This document shows positions 28,966 to 40,297 of a DNA stretch of 64,000 bases, one piece after another (within the stretch, counting starts at the first letter, position 1; every line of letters starts with the position of its first letter). The position numbers and the translations under genes are program-made. The notes under the pieces are model-generated. The model was not told where the DNA came from and did not search any database. It saw only the letters and a list, made by a program, of their open reading frames with translations. This DNA is from Veleropilina oligotropha (lineage: Eukaryota): positions 62,001 through 126,000 of the forward strand of contig JBEUKZ010000011.1 of assembly GCA_048128005.1 (NCBI GenBank), read 5' to 3'.

Positions 28966-29258
28966 CCGGTACTAAAACTACTGAAATCTGAATTCAGACA
29001 AGATTCGTCAATCGATTTTTTATATATTGATTACTATGGAAATGTCAACAGAATGACATGATATTTTTACTTAATTCGAATGTTATTAGAGAAAGCTCGT
29101 TAACTGCTGAAGAATGTGGGAAATTGACATATATATATGTTATTTTTTACACGATTACTCTCAGGTTGTAGAGAAATGAATTGCAGCAAATCCTGGTCTG
29201 CGACATGTTCTATTGCGCTGTAAAATATTATCAGCTAAGAAAACATTCTGTAATTGAT

Positions 29259-30583
29259 AACAAGTTCCCCACCCGTATTATTGACCACATATATATTTTT
29301 GTCGACTGTGTATTCAGTAACTCAATGAGAATTCATTAATTAAGCAAGATTTCCTGCCACCAGAGGCTACAGAGATAGATATGCACCCAGAGACTACGTG
29401 TAAATACTTACGTAAATTAAATTAAATAATTGTCATTATTCGAACTTGATCCATCCCATTATCAGTGATTCACATTATGGTTTGTTGGTCTGTGAAGTTT
29501 CAGAAAGCTAACATTTTTCTAAATGGAAAACTTCGTTGTGAGAAAATTGATAAATTTCATAAATAAGCAAAATTCAGCATTAAATCAAGCCTTGAAGGTT
29601 TAAAAAATCCCCAATATTTGAATTTGATCTACCCCATGATGGGGTTAGTTGATCTGTAAAGTTTCAGAAAGCTAGCACCTCTGTAAATGAAATACCTATG
29701 CAGAGCTGATTCTAATATAGTTATAGTAAAAAGTTTCAGAGAAACAGAAATAAAGAAAAATCTTATTATTATATACTCGAAATTAAATATATTTGCAGCA
29801 GCTAAACCATGACAAAATCATAGTATCCCAGCCTATTGTCAGGGGACACAATGACTTTAACCTTGACCAACTGAGGAAAGTGATATTAGACACTGGATAC
29901 AGTCTGTTCTTGTAATGCCAATATACACTTTCATCTTAAACTAGTGGGGAAGCCAGTTTTCAAAATGTGAGCAAGTCTTACAGATAAGCATATGTCCCTT
30001 TCATCATACACACATAAGACTTACAAAAACATCTGTTTCTTTTCTATCCTCAATATTTCAAGGCATAATTAAACTTTGTGTATGCGCAGCGAAAATAAGT
30101 CATTTAACATTTTCATTAAAAACATGTTTTATGGGGTGAGAAAATCTGAAGGATTAACATGTTTAACAGGTTTTTACACGTGAAGTTTTATATTGAACTG
30201 ATGTACGTTGTAGTGGAGAGATATCAATATATCATCTGGAAACAATACGCAAAACATTCACACAATAATTAAACTTTGGATGGGGGGTGGGGGTGCAGGG
30301 GGAAAGCAATACCTATGTCTCATTCCATACGGGCGAGACAAAAATTGAAAATCACAACCATGCTTCCAGAGACTATGTTCAAACGTCCTGAAAAGTCACC
30401 AAAAAACTCATGTTTTTAAAATAATTTCACAATATTCGAACTTTATATACCCAATGATGTGGTTTCGGAAAGCTCGCATTTATCTAAATGGCAATAAAAG
30501 ATGTGTGAAAATCCGGGGCGGACGGGCGGATGCACGAACGCGGATACTGTGTCCCCCGTCCGCCCGATAGGTGGCAGGGGACA
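29259..30583. mobile_element. HINE-like insertion(s) in DIRS copy B
   Basis: Absent from copy A (gtaattgataaaaattg near 3800). aacaag start and 3' hairpin tgtccccc...ggggaca then AAAA. Confidence 0.7.
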
Positions 30584-33124
30584 AAAATTGTTTTATCTAA
30601 CTCAACTGTTTGTTGCAGTGGTAAGTTGGATACAGACTGAAAAATTTGGTTTTTGCTTTAGTATTATATATATACTAACTCGTGTAATACTTTAAGTTAT
30701 ACTTCCTACAGCGAACATTGTTTTGCAAATTAACAGACAGTTGTAATGTTGGTTACGACCAAACTGTTTGTCTTGTATGTTACAAATCTCTAGATAACAG
30801 CTACACAAGAACATCTAGTTCCGGCCATACACAGGCACGATATCCAAATAAACCAGAATGTTGTGAAATGATTATATATATTATAATCACTAAAACTGTT
30901 TAAATAATAAATTATTTATCTTCTGAAACAAGGAAATTTTGCACGGATTGCCGGAAACACAACTGTATACGACCTTTTGGGAAAAGATTTTCGCTATTAT
31001 TCCATTCCGCATTTATCGACCGGTTGACAACAGATGAAGCTTCACATGTTTATAACAACAGTCCTGGATGAAAATTTAAACAATCTGAAGGTTTGTTAAT
31101 ATCCTGAATTTGGACATCCCTGTTGCCAAAGACCAATTTGGTATGTACTGTATATATTAATCCATGTTTAGCAAATGAATAGTTTACTTCTACTTTATCA
31201 TAAATTAATGACTATTTGATGGTAACCTTCCCCTTCAGAGTTCTCTCAGAGTGCTCATTCATGGAACATGGTTCAGATATGAAGAAAATGTTTAGATACA
31301 TCAATCGTGCTGGTAGGTTACAGAAGTACATGACATTCTACTCAGACAGAAATGGTAAGATAAATGTGACCTAATTTTGTTAACATCAACCAGATCAACT
31401 GAAACTGTTGGCCAATGTTATTTAATTGTGTGTGAATATACTGTGAATTCCCATAATCTGTGAGAACATTAACAGTATCACAAAACATCAAATGATCAAT
31501 CGTTTCAAAATATGTGGACGTAATATTTAGTTAACAGGGTTTTTCTCCAATGAAAGAGATTATAGGATGACACTATCGCGGTTTCTTGGTGACAATCCAC
31601 GGAACGTCAACGTTGCACGAATCTCAAGAAATTGCTGCTATGTTGTGATACAAAACAAGAATAACCTGCTGTTATCAACACTGCAATTGCTGCAGAAATT
31701 TCTTCATGGGATACCAGGTATGTTTGTCCTTCTTGACCATTTTTTTACACACAGTACTATTGGTAACATCCATTGTTACAGAATTTCGTGATGGGAGGTG
31801 TTTATCAGATAACACTACCTAGAACTCTTCCAGTCTTCATTACTATATGTAGGCTGGTCTTACTTTATTTAAACATTTCAAATTTTTACATGTTGTGTCT
31901 TTTGAGTGCTCTACTGGGGAAACAAATGCTGCTACTAAACAAGCAACTGTGCTAATGCTGCTTATTTGCTGGATACTAAAATTTCTAAGCTTTTGGAACA
32001 CTCTTTTCAATAGGTTCTGTATTGAAGCTAGCGATATTACTTTAATATAGTAATGCTTTTCTGGGTAAACCAAGACATGGGTATTTGGTTATCTTTAATG
32101 AAATTAAAGTTTATACCGTTTTCATCTACCATTGGATGATTTCCCATGTTGTACACATTGTCTCTAAAATCTCATGTAATATGTCAGTGTTGTCGACTCG
32201 GTATAATTGGAAATTAAACGATTAAAAGTGTACATCATGTTTGCTCTGAAGTATGAATCACATGACCACGTCATCACATCTCACTTAATCTCTCAGTGTT
32301 AGGTCGACTCAGTATAATTTTAATCAAACTTCATTTTAATCGTTTAATTTCCAATTATTATTCAAACAATGTAGCAATTGGTCTGCTTAGCTTGACGATG
32401 TGGGTGACCTAATTAGCCACCTTTACTTCAAAGATAAACATTACGGATTGGACAAATCTTTGTTTGAAGATGAATGGCCAATTAAGGAACAATGCTGTCA
32501 TAATTAACACTAAACAGCAATCCCAGTAAGATTCCTTACTATTCTGAATGAATGGAAACCGAAATATTCGCCCATATTCATCTTTGTAAACCTTTCCTCC
32601 AGACTTTTACTGCAGTTGCCACTTTTTTCAGCGAATGTGCATGGATTCCATCTCGAAGCATCTCGCTGTTCTGTTTTGCGGTCCGCCATTGAAACTCTGA
32701 TGAAAATTATTCAAAACGAGGCTGAACTGAATTTGTTACGAGGCATGGGATTTCCCGACCTAATTCTAATTTTTGCTTTGCTTTTAATGCTTTTCGTCTG
32801 CAGGCAGACATTATAACAATATCAGTTTTTCCGCAATAATGAAGGTAAATTGAACCAATAATGTGTAATATATACTGCTAATTATGGATTAGGGTATGTT
32901 AATGTACAGAAAACACAAAAAGACATAAATCGTGTTTTTTCATAAGCTTTATTCCAGCATTCGTATTATCATATTTGGGTGTAAAAATCGTACTGGTTGG
33001 TACCTCTGCCATTGGCTTGATTCCGCTAACATGAGCAATAGTGGGTTAGAATCTCGGTACCATCAACCGAATCATACCCTCATACCCTTGCCATGTCAAT
33101 GTTAATCATTATAACCACACTTAC

Positions 33125-33283
33125 TGTTGGCTAGCGTTGTATGCGTTACGTCCTTCGCGGTCCCACTGTATCCAACTTCATTTCCTGCAAAAACGCTGAA
33201 CGTGTATGGGGCGTTGGGGCTCAGCGAGTCGATGTTGACGTACGTTTTCGCAGCAGGGGCATTTTGATTGAATTTGGAACGAT
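33125..33283 (-). CDS. CAM exon g (C-terminal half of FN3 domain 1)
   Basis: atttcag acceptor and A|gtaagt donor. Encodes (D)RSKFNQNAPAAKTYVNIDSLSPNAPYTFSVFAGNEVGYSGTAKDVTHTTLAN (L-x-P-x-x-x-Y-x-F-x-V-x-A-x-N-x-x-G). Phase 1 to 1. Confidence 0.9.
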
Positions 33284-34097
33284 CTGAAATGAACAATAAA
33301 GCGTTAAACTATAAATCGATTCCTACAAGTAATGTCATGAAAATCCACAAAATTTAATTGTTACCAAAAACAACTCAATTGTTCCCAAAAATGTTGCCGG
33401 ATTAATAAATATTTTTCTATTAACCCTTTGCCCGCTGATCATGACAATAGTTTCTCAAAGCAATATTTTTTCAGGGTTAACTAACATTTCGAGCAAAATC
33501 ATTATAGAGCCTTTTAGAACAATATACAATCAAGAAATTCCATTGCAAACGTACATTAACGTGGTCTTATAGCATGGAAGAATGATCTGATTCACAATAT
33601 GACAACAAGAAATATACAGAAATGGAGAAATCAAAATAATTCAAAATCTCCTTGAAAATATATGTCAGCCAATCAGATCACGGCCTTTTATCAGCCCTGA
33701 AGAGCTAATCGGCAATCGCCTCGGACAAACAACAGCGGTCTTGCAGTTGTCAGAGTGCTAAAATTGCATTTATTAGAGCGCTTTTATTAATTTATTTAAT
33801 GTATAAACATTGAAAAAATATTTGGTAAATAAAGAAGTTGTATTACACATTTGTGTAGCGAACATAGAGATATATAACACAATAACTAATTAGGGGAAAT
33901 TATCGGTCACAGAGCATAATAATATATTTCCAAATTACAAATTATTCAAAACGAGGCTGAACTGAATTTGTTACGAGGCATGGGATTTCCCGACCTAATT
34001 CTAATTTTTGCTTTGCTTTTAATGCTTTTCGTCTGCAGGCAGATATTATATCAATATCCGTTTTTCCGCAATAATGAAGGTAAATTGAACCAATAAT

Positions 34098-34997
34098 ATA
34101 AGTTGTCGGCATTGCCCGAGGGGAATATGGGTCTATGTACCTGTTTGTGAGAATTTATTAACCGAGACGAAGTCGAGGTTAATAAATTATCACAAATGGT
34201 ACATAGACCCATATTTCACGAGGGCTATGCCGACAACGAATTTATCTTACTTCATATAATAAAATCAAGTCTTTTGAACAAGTTTCTTTTCCAACTTCGT
34301 AACTCCGTGAAAGAATCCATTTTATATATGCTATTGTTGTTACGAAAAAAAAGGGTTCCTAAAATAATGTTTTCAGCTCTGCCGAAGATCATGTGTAAAA
34401 CTCGTGTTCAATATAAAAAATATTCCTTCCGTTATAACTGTGATATTTTAGCATAATTGGCATGATTATTTAAATATACACAAAGTTTGTTTGTGGCAAA
34501 TACATCCATACCAATATACATTATATAAAATATTGAAGATATTCTGACGCGCCCATTAGAATGAAATAATAATGCCTAGCAACCGTCACTCTCCAGGCAG
34601 AGAAATTAAGAATACTCCGTACAGTACGATAAAGAAATGACGTCTCTGCGCAGGAGAATAATAGGAAGCGAGGTAAACACCCAAATTAGCTAAATAAGGA
34701 TAATTGGATATTCATTTTACATGAAAATGTCAAAAGTGTAAACCGTTACGACTATAAAATGAAATTGATGCAAAATTTTCGAAACGATGGACGATTCCAA
34801 GACAACATTTGCATTGATGTTTTGGCAGACGACATGTTCACAATTATCTCCGTTGTCTTCGAGGGCGCTCCAAATCACAATAGTACACACAACTACGTAA
34901 GGTATAAATAATTCATATACCCCGCCTGGGTGGGGAATACGGGAATTGTCGAAGGAACGTTAACCAATCAGATTGCAGTATTAAGAGCTAAAGTAAG
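34098..34997. mobile_element. Non-autonomous palindromic element, possibly Crypton/tyrosine-recombinase type
   Basis: Absent from the paralogous empty site near 32857. ataat on both sides. About 135-bp palindrome at 34100-34240 centred on ccgagacgaagtcgagg. Internal ttatcttactt is complementary to the right end. Confidence 0.65.
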
Positions 34998-36181
34998 ATA
35001 ATGTGTAATATATACTGCTAATTATGGATTAGGGTATGTTAATGTACAGAAAACACAATAATATATTTACAATAGCTATCGGGGGTGGGGTCCTGACTAC
35101 TACTAACTGTTGAATTGCCCAAAAGACATGGTTTAGCAGGTATTGTTAGCAATTATCCAGGGGCATATCTCAATCGGGATCACCAGTTTTAGCCAAGTCA
35201 GATCAGAACAGACAAACATAGGCCTACCTACATGGCATAAACAATGACGTATAGCCAATACGAGGGTACGGCCAGGCCTACGAAAAATCCTAGGTGTCAA
35301 AATAAAAATGACTCGTACAGAATGGTAAAAATGGTCAAAATTGCTGGTAATAAATATCGTATTTGCACATTCGAAATGCAGGAGATTGGGTTTCATGCCA
35401 TAAATTATTTGTCAAAACTTCGTCCACCAAACTCCATGCGGACAGTCGATAGTATATGCATATATTGACAACACTGTACCCCATTTCAGCATGCATCTAC
35501 ACTCGATTAAATCGATTTGGCTGTTGTCCAGGAAAATGTAACAAAGATGTATTTAATATTATTTTTATCAAAAGATAAATTTTATAAAAGGTGCCTATCT
35601 AGTATAGTGGTCCCAGTTAATTACGATAATACTTCAATAGGCAGCTATAATATCCATTTCAGGTTGTCAGTATTGATATTAAGTAGACAATATACTGGCC
35701 GCATGTGCATTATAACATGCCTATGTAAACACTCTTTTGTTTTAAATTAATTGACTCTATTGAGTAGAATCATTTGTGTTAATAGCTATTGAAACAAGAG
35801 GCCTCCCGACCTATCTAGCTCCTCTGGAAAGAGTTCATCAATATAGTCAAACTTCAGAAATTTGGGCAGCACGAATAGATACAATATGAGGTTTTAATTT
35901 AAACCTAATATTAGTTAAAACATACTTACGTCCTTACTCTTGCCATAATAGTCATATTATCGCTAACCGGAAACAGTGAATAAAGTCACATTTATGCACT
36001 AAATAAGTCAAAAACAACCACGACCCCCCGCCCTGCTTCCCCTCTCTCAGTTCCTCCAGCGAGATCTCGCCAAGTCTCGCGAGACATCCGGGCTATCAAG
36101 TCACCAGACATCAATTCAAAGTTCAGAACCCCAAAGGAACTTAGTAGAGGGGAGGAATGCGAAGCAGGGTGGGTAATCGTG

Positions 36182-36271
36182 GTAAGGACGTAAGTATGTT
36201 TTAACTAATATTAGGTTTAAATTAAAACCTCATATGTAGTTACAAACTTACTTACGTCCTTACTCTTGCCA
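36182..36271. repeat. Internal complementary region (ICR) of the young DIRS element
   Basis: The first part is the reverse complement of the left end (tatgaggttttaattt...acgtccttac). The second part is the reverse complement of the right end (tggcaagag...gtaactacata). They join at cctca-tat-gtagt. Confidence 0.95.
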
Positions 36272-37103
36272 GAATAACCTTGGATAGGTGGGTAAGAAGT
36301 TCCTTACAGTAAACCCAAACAAGATTATGACTTACTTTTCACCATGTCAATCAGCTCGAAGCGTCGATTGTGTCCGCCCAGAGTGGAATTTGCTGAGAAT
36401 TATATTCAACTCTTACCAAGCGAGAATTTCGACCAGTGTTACCGGGAGAATACGCCGTGGTGTTAGTCGGACGAGGTGAACGGAAGTGCAATCAGCCCCA
36501 GGCACGGCCGGAAGGATGAATCCCTGTAGGTCTTACGTGTCATGGGCCAGTGGCAGCCAAATGGTACTCCTGGCCAAAGGCCGGTAGCCAGAGGATGCAG
36601 TCGGATTTGTAAGCACACGGAACCTAATAGGTTGTGAAAGCGTGAAATCAAAGCAAAGAATTAATAGATTAAATAAATAATCGATATTAATAATTGATTC
36701 GCATGACCAACTTGCGAAACGCTAACATGTACGACATGTCACTTAAAATAATTTTTAAGGAAGCCAATATGTACGACATGTTACTTAAAATAAAATTTAA
36801 GGAAGCAAATATTAAATTTTTTCAAATGTCTTGAACATCGTATGTTCTATACAGCATAGAACATCAATAATATTGAACCTCAAATCAAATAAGATTTTGC
36901 AATATGATTGTTTATTAATTCAATGTAATCTGGCGTGTCAATATACTCAGGTATGACATGAAAGTATCAAGATCTTAAAATGTTTTTAAGAAATGAACAG
37001 ACATTGAATTGCCTCGTATGTGTTCATTTCATAGAACAACAAGGCCAACAAATAACAATGCGACAGCAAGAATTATGTAAATTGATCAATCAACAAATAA
37101 TAC

Positions 37104-40061
37104 TCACTGATTAGACGACCTCGGTCGAACAATACAACGTTGAGCAGCCACACACTGTAGGGTGCTCAACCCGTCAGCCCCGGTTGAATAGTCCCGCAGA
37201 TAATACTTAACAAAGACATTGGCAGTCTTCCAGTAACCCGCTTGAAGCAACGCTGTAATATTTAAATTATGTCGGAAGGCAATGGACGCAGCGATTGCAC
37301 GGACCTCGTGCGCGCGCACGGATAAAATAGTGCGGTCTACTTCTTCACAGCGAGAGTACACATCTCTCACCACCTGTGAAATCCACCGCGAAACAGTAGT
37401 CTTTGTAATGTCATGGGTGAAGGAAGGTAAATACGAAATGAATAAACGCAATTTTCCTTGTCGTAGATCACGGGTTCTGTCGAGGTAGAAACGCAGGGCC
37501 CGTACGGGGCAATTTAACCGGTCTTCATCATGCCTTCCGACCAGCGTAAGCTTGGGAATAATAATATCAGGTGCGTCCTCGTTCGGCCGTTGGTTCTTGG
37601 CGAGGAAGCCCAGAACAGGACGCAGCATCACCGACCCGTCTGACTGGAATCTAATATCACGGAGCTCGGCGGATAAGCTATGAATCTCGGAACAACGCCT
37701 GCCCGACGCTAAGGCGATCAGAAAAACTGTTTTGTGCGTTAAGTTCTTCATAGACACCGTGGACATCGGCTCGTACGGGGGTAAGTGTAGAGCGTTAAGA
37801 ATTAGAACAATATTCCAGGCAGGTGGCCGAATGGTTCGGGTCGGCATCTCGAGTTCGTAGGATCGAATAAAATCTGAAATCGTACGGTCGTTAGAGAGGC
37901 CAGCATGGGCACGACACTGTTTTAACGTGGTCGCGATCGTTGCCCGATAGCCTTTGACGGCGGACACTGACATACCGCGGTCGAAGAGCGACGATAAAAA
38001 CTCGATAAACTTGTTCACAGGGGGACGGAGTATATTGACCTGCCTGCTGTGACACCAATCCACGTACTTAACCCATCGGTAGTCATAAACTTTTGTCGTG
38101 GAAAGCCTTCTCGATCGGTAGATGCGTAGGGCTGTAGCTTTAGAAAATCCTTTCTTAGCAAGGGATCGTTCGATAACCGCCAGGCGTGTAAACGTAAGTC
38201 GTTCGGCGATTCGTGGAGTACACGGGTGCGCGGCTGCATTAACAGGTCCAGTTTCTGCGGTAGCGCTAACGGTCGATCGACGATCAGATCGAGGAGGGTC
38301 GGAAACCAAGGTTGCGTGCGATACAGGGGCGCTATTAGCGTTATCTCGCAACGTTCGTTCGATGCCTTCTGTAATACCAGTGATAGAATGCACGACGGGG
38401 GGAAGGCATACGCTGACAGATTCTCCCATGTCATTGACAGTGCGTCGACCGCTAGGGCGGCCGGGTCCGGGTACGGGGAGACATACAGAGGTAGTCGGTA
38501 ATTGAATTCTGTTGCAAACAGATCGACTTGGGGTTGCGACCACCGGCGGCAAACATCCCGAGCTACTCGGCTGTGTAGCGTCCACTCTGTGTGTATAATC
38601 TGTGATCTCCGAGAGAGCGAATCCGCTCTGACATTCAGCTTTCCCGGGATGTGTCGGGCTCGAATCGTCGAGTTGAGGGACATCACTAGGCGGTGTAGGT
38701 CTATTGCTCGGTCGCAAAGGGGACGCGAGCGAGTGCCGCCCTGGTGCTGGATGTAAGCGACGACAGTCGTGTTGTCCGTGGCGAGCATTATATGCTTGGA
38801 GCGGAGATGTGACGAGAGGGACCGTACTGACAGGTAGACTGCTTCTAACTCTAGAAAGTTGATGTGTCGTCCCTGAAGGTCCGTCGGCCATAGGCCTGAT
38901 GTCTCGTGACTGTCGAGGTGACCACCCCAGCCGTCGTTCGAAGCGTCTGTGAACAGGTAAGCGTTCGGCTCTGGCGGGGAGATAGGAACCGACTGGTCCG
39001 GCAAAGCAGGGTTCAACCACACTGCTGTTGTGCTGGTAAACCAATGCCGTAGATCGATGCGATCCGTCCACTGCCCCGTCCGTTGTATCCAGCGATCCCT
39101 GAACGCCTGCTGCAACGGTCGTTTGTCCATGCGACCCGTCGGTAGCAGGGTCGCTACCGACTCGATGTGCCCTAGGACAGTGGCCAGTCGTCGCGCCGTA
39201 GTTATGTCCGATGACAGGGTGTCTTGGATAACCGCGCGTAGGTTCCGCATACGCTGCTGGGTCGGCTTCGCGGTGTACCGGACCGTATTGAAGTCGACTC
39301 CGAGGAACGTAAACGTCGTCGAGGGCACGAAGCAGGATTTTGTCTCGTTGATCTGAAATCCCAGGCGCTTCGCCGATGACGGGGTAAAGCTCGTAGACTG
39401 GAGGCACAGATCCCGGGACGCCCCGAGGATCAGCCAGTCGTCGAGGTACATATGTACCCTGTGCCCTAGAGAGTGTAGGAAGGCCCCGAGGGCCTGTACT
39501 GTTCTCGTGAAGACGTACGGGGCTGACGATAGACCGAACGGTAGGCACCTGAATTGGTAGATCGTCTCCCCGTGTATAAACCGAAGGTACTGATGAGCCG
39601 TGACATGCATCGGGACATGCAGATACGTGTCGGCCAGATCGATAGACGCTGCCCAGTCGCCCGGACGGATGGCCGCTCGAATCTTCGAGAGGGTTTCTTG
39701 CTGGAATTTCTCGGTACGAAGATATCGGTTGAGATATGAGAGATCGAGGATCGGTCTCCAGCGGCCATCGGGTTTCGGGACCAGGAAGAAATGGCTGTAA
39801 AATCCTGGTGTGCTGGGCGGCGCGGGATATATCGCTCTTTTTAGGAGCAAATCCCGCACTGCCTGGTCTAAGACCGCTTGTTTCTCTCCGTTTAGGAGAC
39901 GAGCGTGTCTTGGTGGTGGTGCCTCGGTTAAGGTCGGATGCCGGTTGAATGCCAACTTGTATCCGGCACTCACGACTAAGTGGACCCAGTTGCTGTCTGT
40001 CAGCTCTAGCCACGACTGGCTGTGCGCTAACAGGCACGCTCCCACCGGCGGAAGCGGGCAA
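37104..40061 (-). CDS. DIRS tyrosine recombinase ORF (YR domain in the C-terminal ~380 aa; upstream part overlaps the RT ORF in another frame)
   Basis: Catalytic motifs SGRRCSEI, CPVRAL, RAHEVRAIAAS, GYW and FVKYY. True start codon uncertain. Confidence 0.92.
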   Translation of the reverse strand: MPASAGGSVPVSAQPVVARADRQQLGPLSRECRIQVGIQPASDLNRGTTTKTRSSPKRRETSGLRPGSAGFAPKKSDISRAAQHTRILQPFLPGPETRWPLETDPRSLISQPISSYREIPARNPLEDSSGHPSGRLGSVYRSGRHVSACPDACHGSSVPSVYTRGDDLPIQVPTVRSIVSPVRLHENSTGPRGLPTLSRAQGTYVPRRLADPRGVPGSVPPVYELYPVIGEAPGISDQRDKILLRALDDVYVPRSRLQYGPVHREADPAAYAEPTRGYPRHPVIGHNYGATTGHCPRAHRVGSDPATDGSHGQTTVAAGVQGSLDTTDGAVDGSHRSTALVYQHNSSVVEPCFAGPVGSYLPARAERLPVHRRFERRLGWSPRQSRDIRPMADGPSGTTHQLSRVRSSLPVSTVPLVTSPLQAYNARHGQHDCRRLHPAPGRHSLASPLRPSNRPTPPSDVPQLDDSSPTHPGKAECQSGFALSEITDYTHRVDATQPSSSGCLPPVVATPSRSVCNRIQLPTTSVCLPVPGPGRPSGRRTVNDMGESVSVCLPPVVHSITGITEGIERTLRDNANSAPVSHATLVSDPPRSDRRSTVSATAETGPVNAAAHPCTPRIAERLTFTRLAVIERSLAKKGFSKATALRIYRSRRLSTTKVYDYRWVKYVDWCHSRQVNILRPPVNKFIEFLSSLFDRGMSVSAVKGYRATIATTLKQCRAHAGLSNDRTISDFIRSYELEMPTRTIRPPAWNIVLILNALHLPPYEPMSTVSMKNLTHKTVFLIALASGRRCSEIHSLSAELRDIRFQSDGSVMLRPVLGFLAKNQRPNEDAPDIIIPKLTLVGRHDEDRLNCPVRALRFYLDRTRDLRQGKLRLFISYLPSFTHDITKTTVSRWISQVVRDVYSRCEEVDRTILSVRAHEVRAIAASIAFRHNLNITALLQAGYWKTANVFVKYYLRDYSTGADGLSTLQCVAAQRCIVRPRSSNQ

Positions 40062-40297
40062 CTGAGACCGTCGCGAATGCCGGCAGCCCTAGGGCCGAGG
40101 CTTCCCTCTCCCGCTCTGCTTACGGGATTTCGCTGGAGGTGCTTGCCTCTTTGGAGTGGGTTTATTGGCCGGAGGCCTACCACCCGAAGAGGGCTTCGCA
40201 CGCTTAGAAGGCTTCGGGGCCGGGGTGGGCCCGGAGCGCTTCTTCGAGTTGGCAGGTGGACCCCGGGTGGGGAGCAGTACTGCCTTCTCGATGGCAC
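38015..40297 (-). CDS. DIRS reverse transcriptase / RNase H / DNA N6-adenine methyltransferase-like ORF
   Basis: RT motifs FLVPKPDGRWRPILDL, IDLADTYLH, LPFGL, YLDDWLI. RNase H motifs FTDAS, HINFLELEAV, TDNTT, HIPGKLNVRADSLSR. MT-like motifs DLFAT and AYAFPP. True start uncertain. Confidence 0.95.
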   Translation of the reverse strand: MPSRRQYCSPPGVHLPTRRSAPGPPRPRSLLSVRSPLRVVGLRPINPLQRGKHLQRNPVSRAGEGSLGPRAAGIRDGLSCPLPPVGACLLAHSQSWLELTDSNWVHLVVSAGYKLAFNRHPTLTEAPPPRHARLLNGEKQAVLDQAVRDLLLKRAIYPAPPSTPGFYSHFFLVPKPDGRWRPILDLSYLNRYLRTEKFQQETLSKIRAAIRPGDWAASIDLADTYLHVPMHVTAHQYLRFIHGETIYQFRCLPFGLSSAPYVFTRTVQALGAFLHSLGHRVHMYLDDWLILGASRDLCLQSTSFTPSSAKRLGFQINETKSCFVPSTTFTFLGVDFNTVRYTAKPTQQRMRNLRAVIQDTLSSDITTARRLATVLGHIESVATLLPTGRMDKRPLQQAFRDRWIQRTGQWTDRIDLRHWFTSTTAVWLNPALPDQSVPISPPEPNAYLFTDASNDGWGGHLDSHETSGLWPTDLQGRHINFLELEAVYLSVRSLSSHLRSKHIMLATDNTTVVAYIQHQGGTRSRPLCDRAIDLHRLVMSLNSTIRARHIPGKLNVRADSLSRRSQIIHTEWTLHSRVARDVCRRWSQPQVDLFATEFNYRLPLYVSPYPDPAALAVDALSMTWENLSAYAFPPSCILSLVLQKASNERCEITLIAPLYRTQPWFPTLLDLIVDRPLALPQKLDLLMQPRTRVLHESPNDLRLHAWRLSNDPLLRKDFLKLQPYASTDREGFPRQKFMTTDGLSTWIGVTAGRSIYSVPL

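Larger units (their letters stand above)
25707..32356 (+). mobile_element. Decayed DIRS-like element, copy B
   Basis: Colinear with 351-6861 over several kb. Same ITR and partial ICR (about 32185-32227) layout, ATT at both ends. Has different nested insertions and lacks roughly 3990-4820 and 5940-6355 of copy A. Confidence 0.8.
32705..35057. repeat. ~210-bp direct duplication flanking exon g
   Basis: 32705-32918 recurs as 33940-34097 plus 34998-35057; the second copy is interrupted by the palindromic element. Confidence 0.85.
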
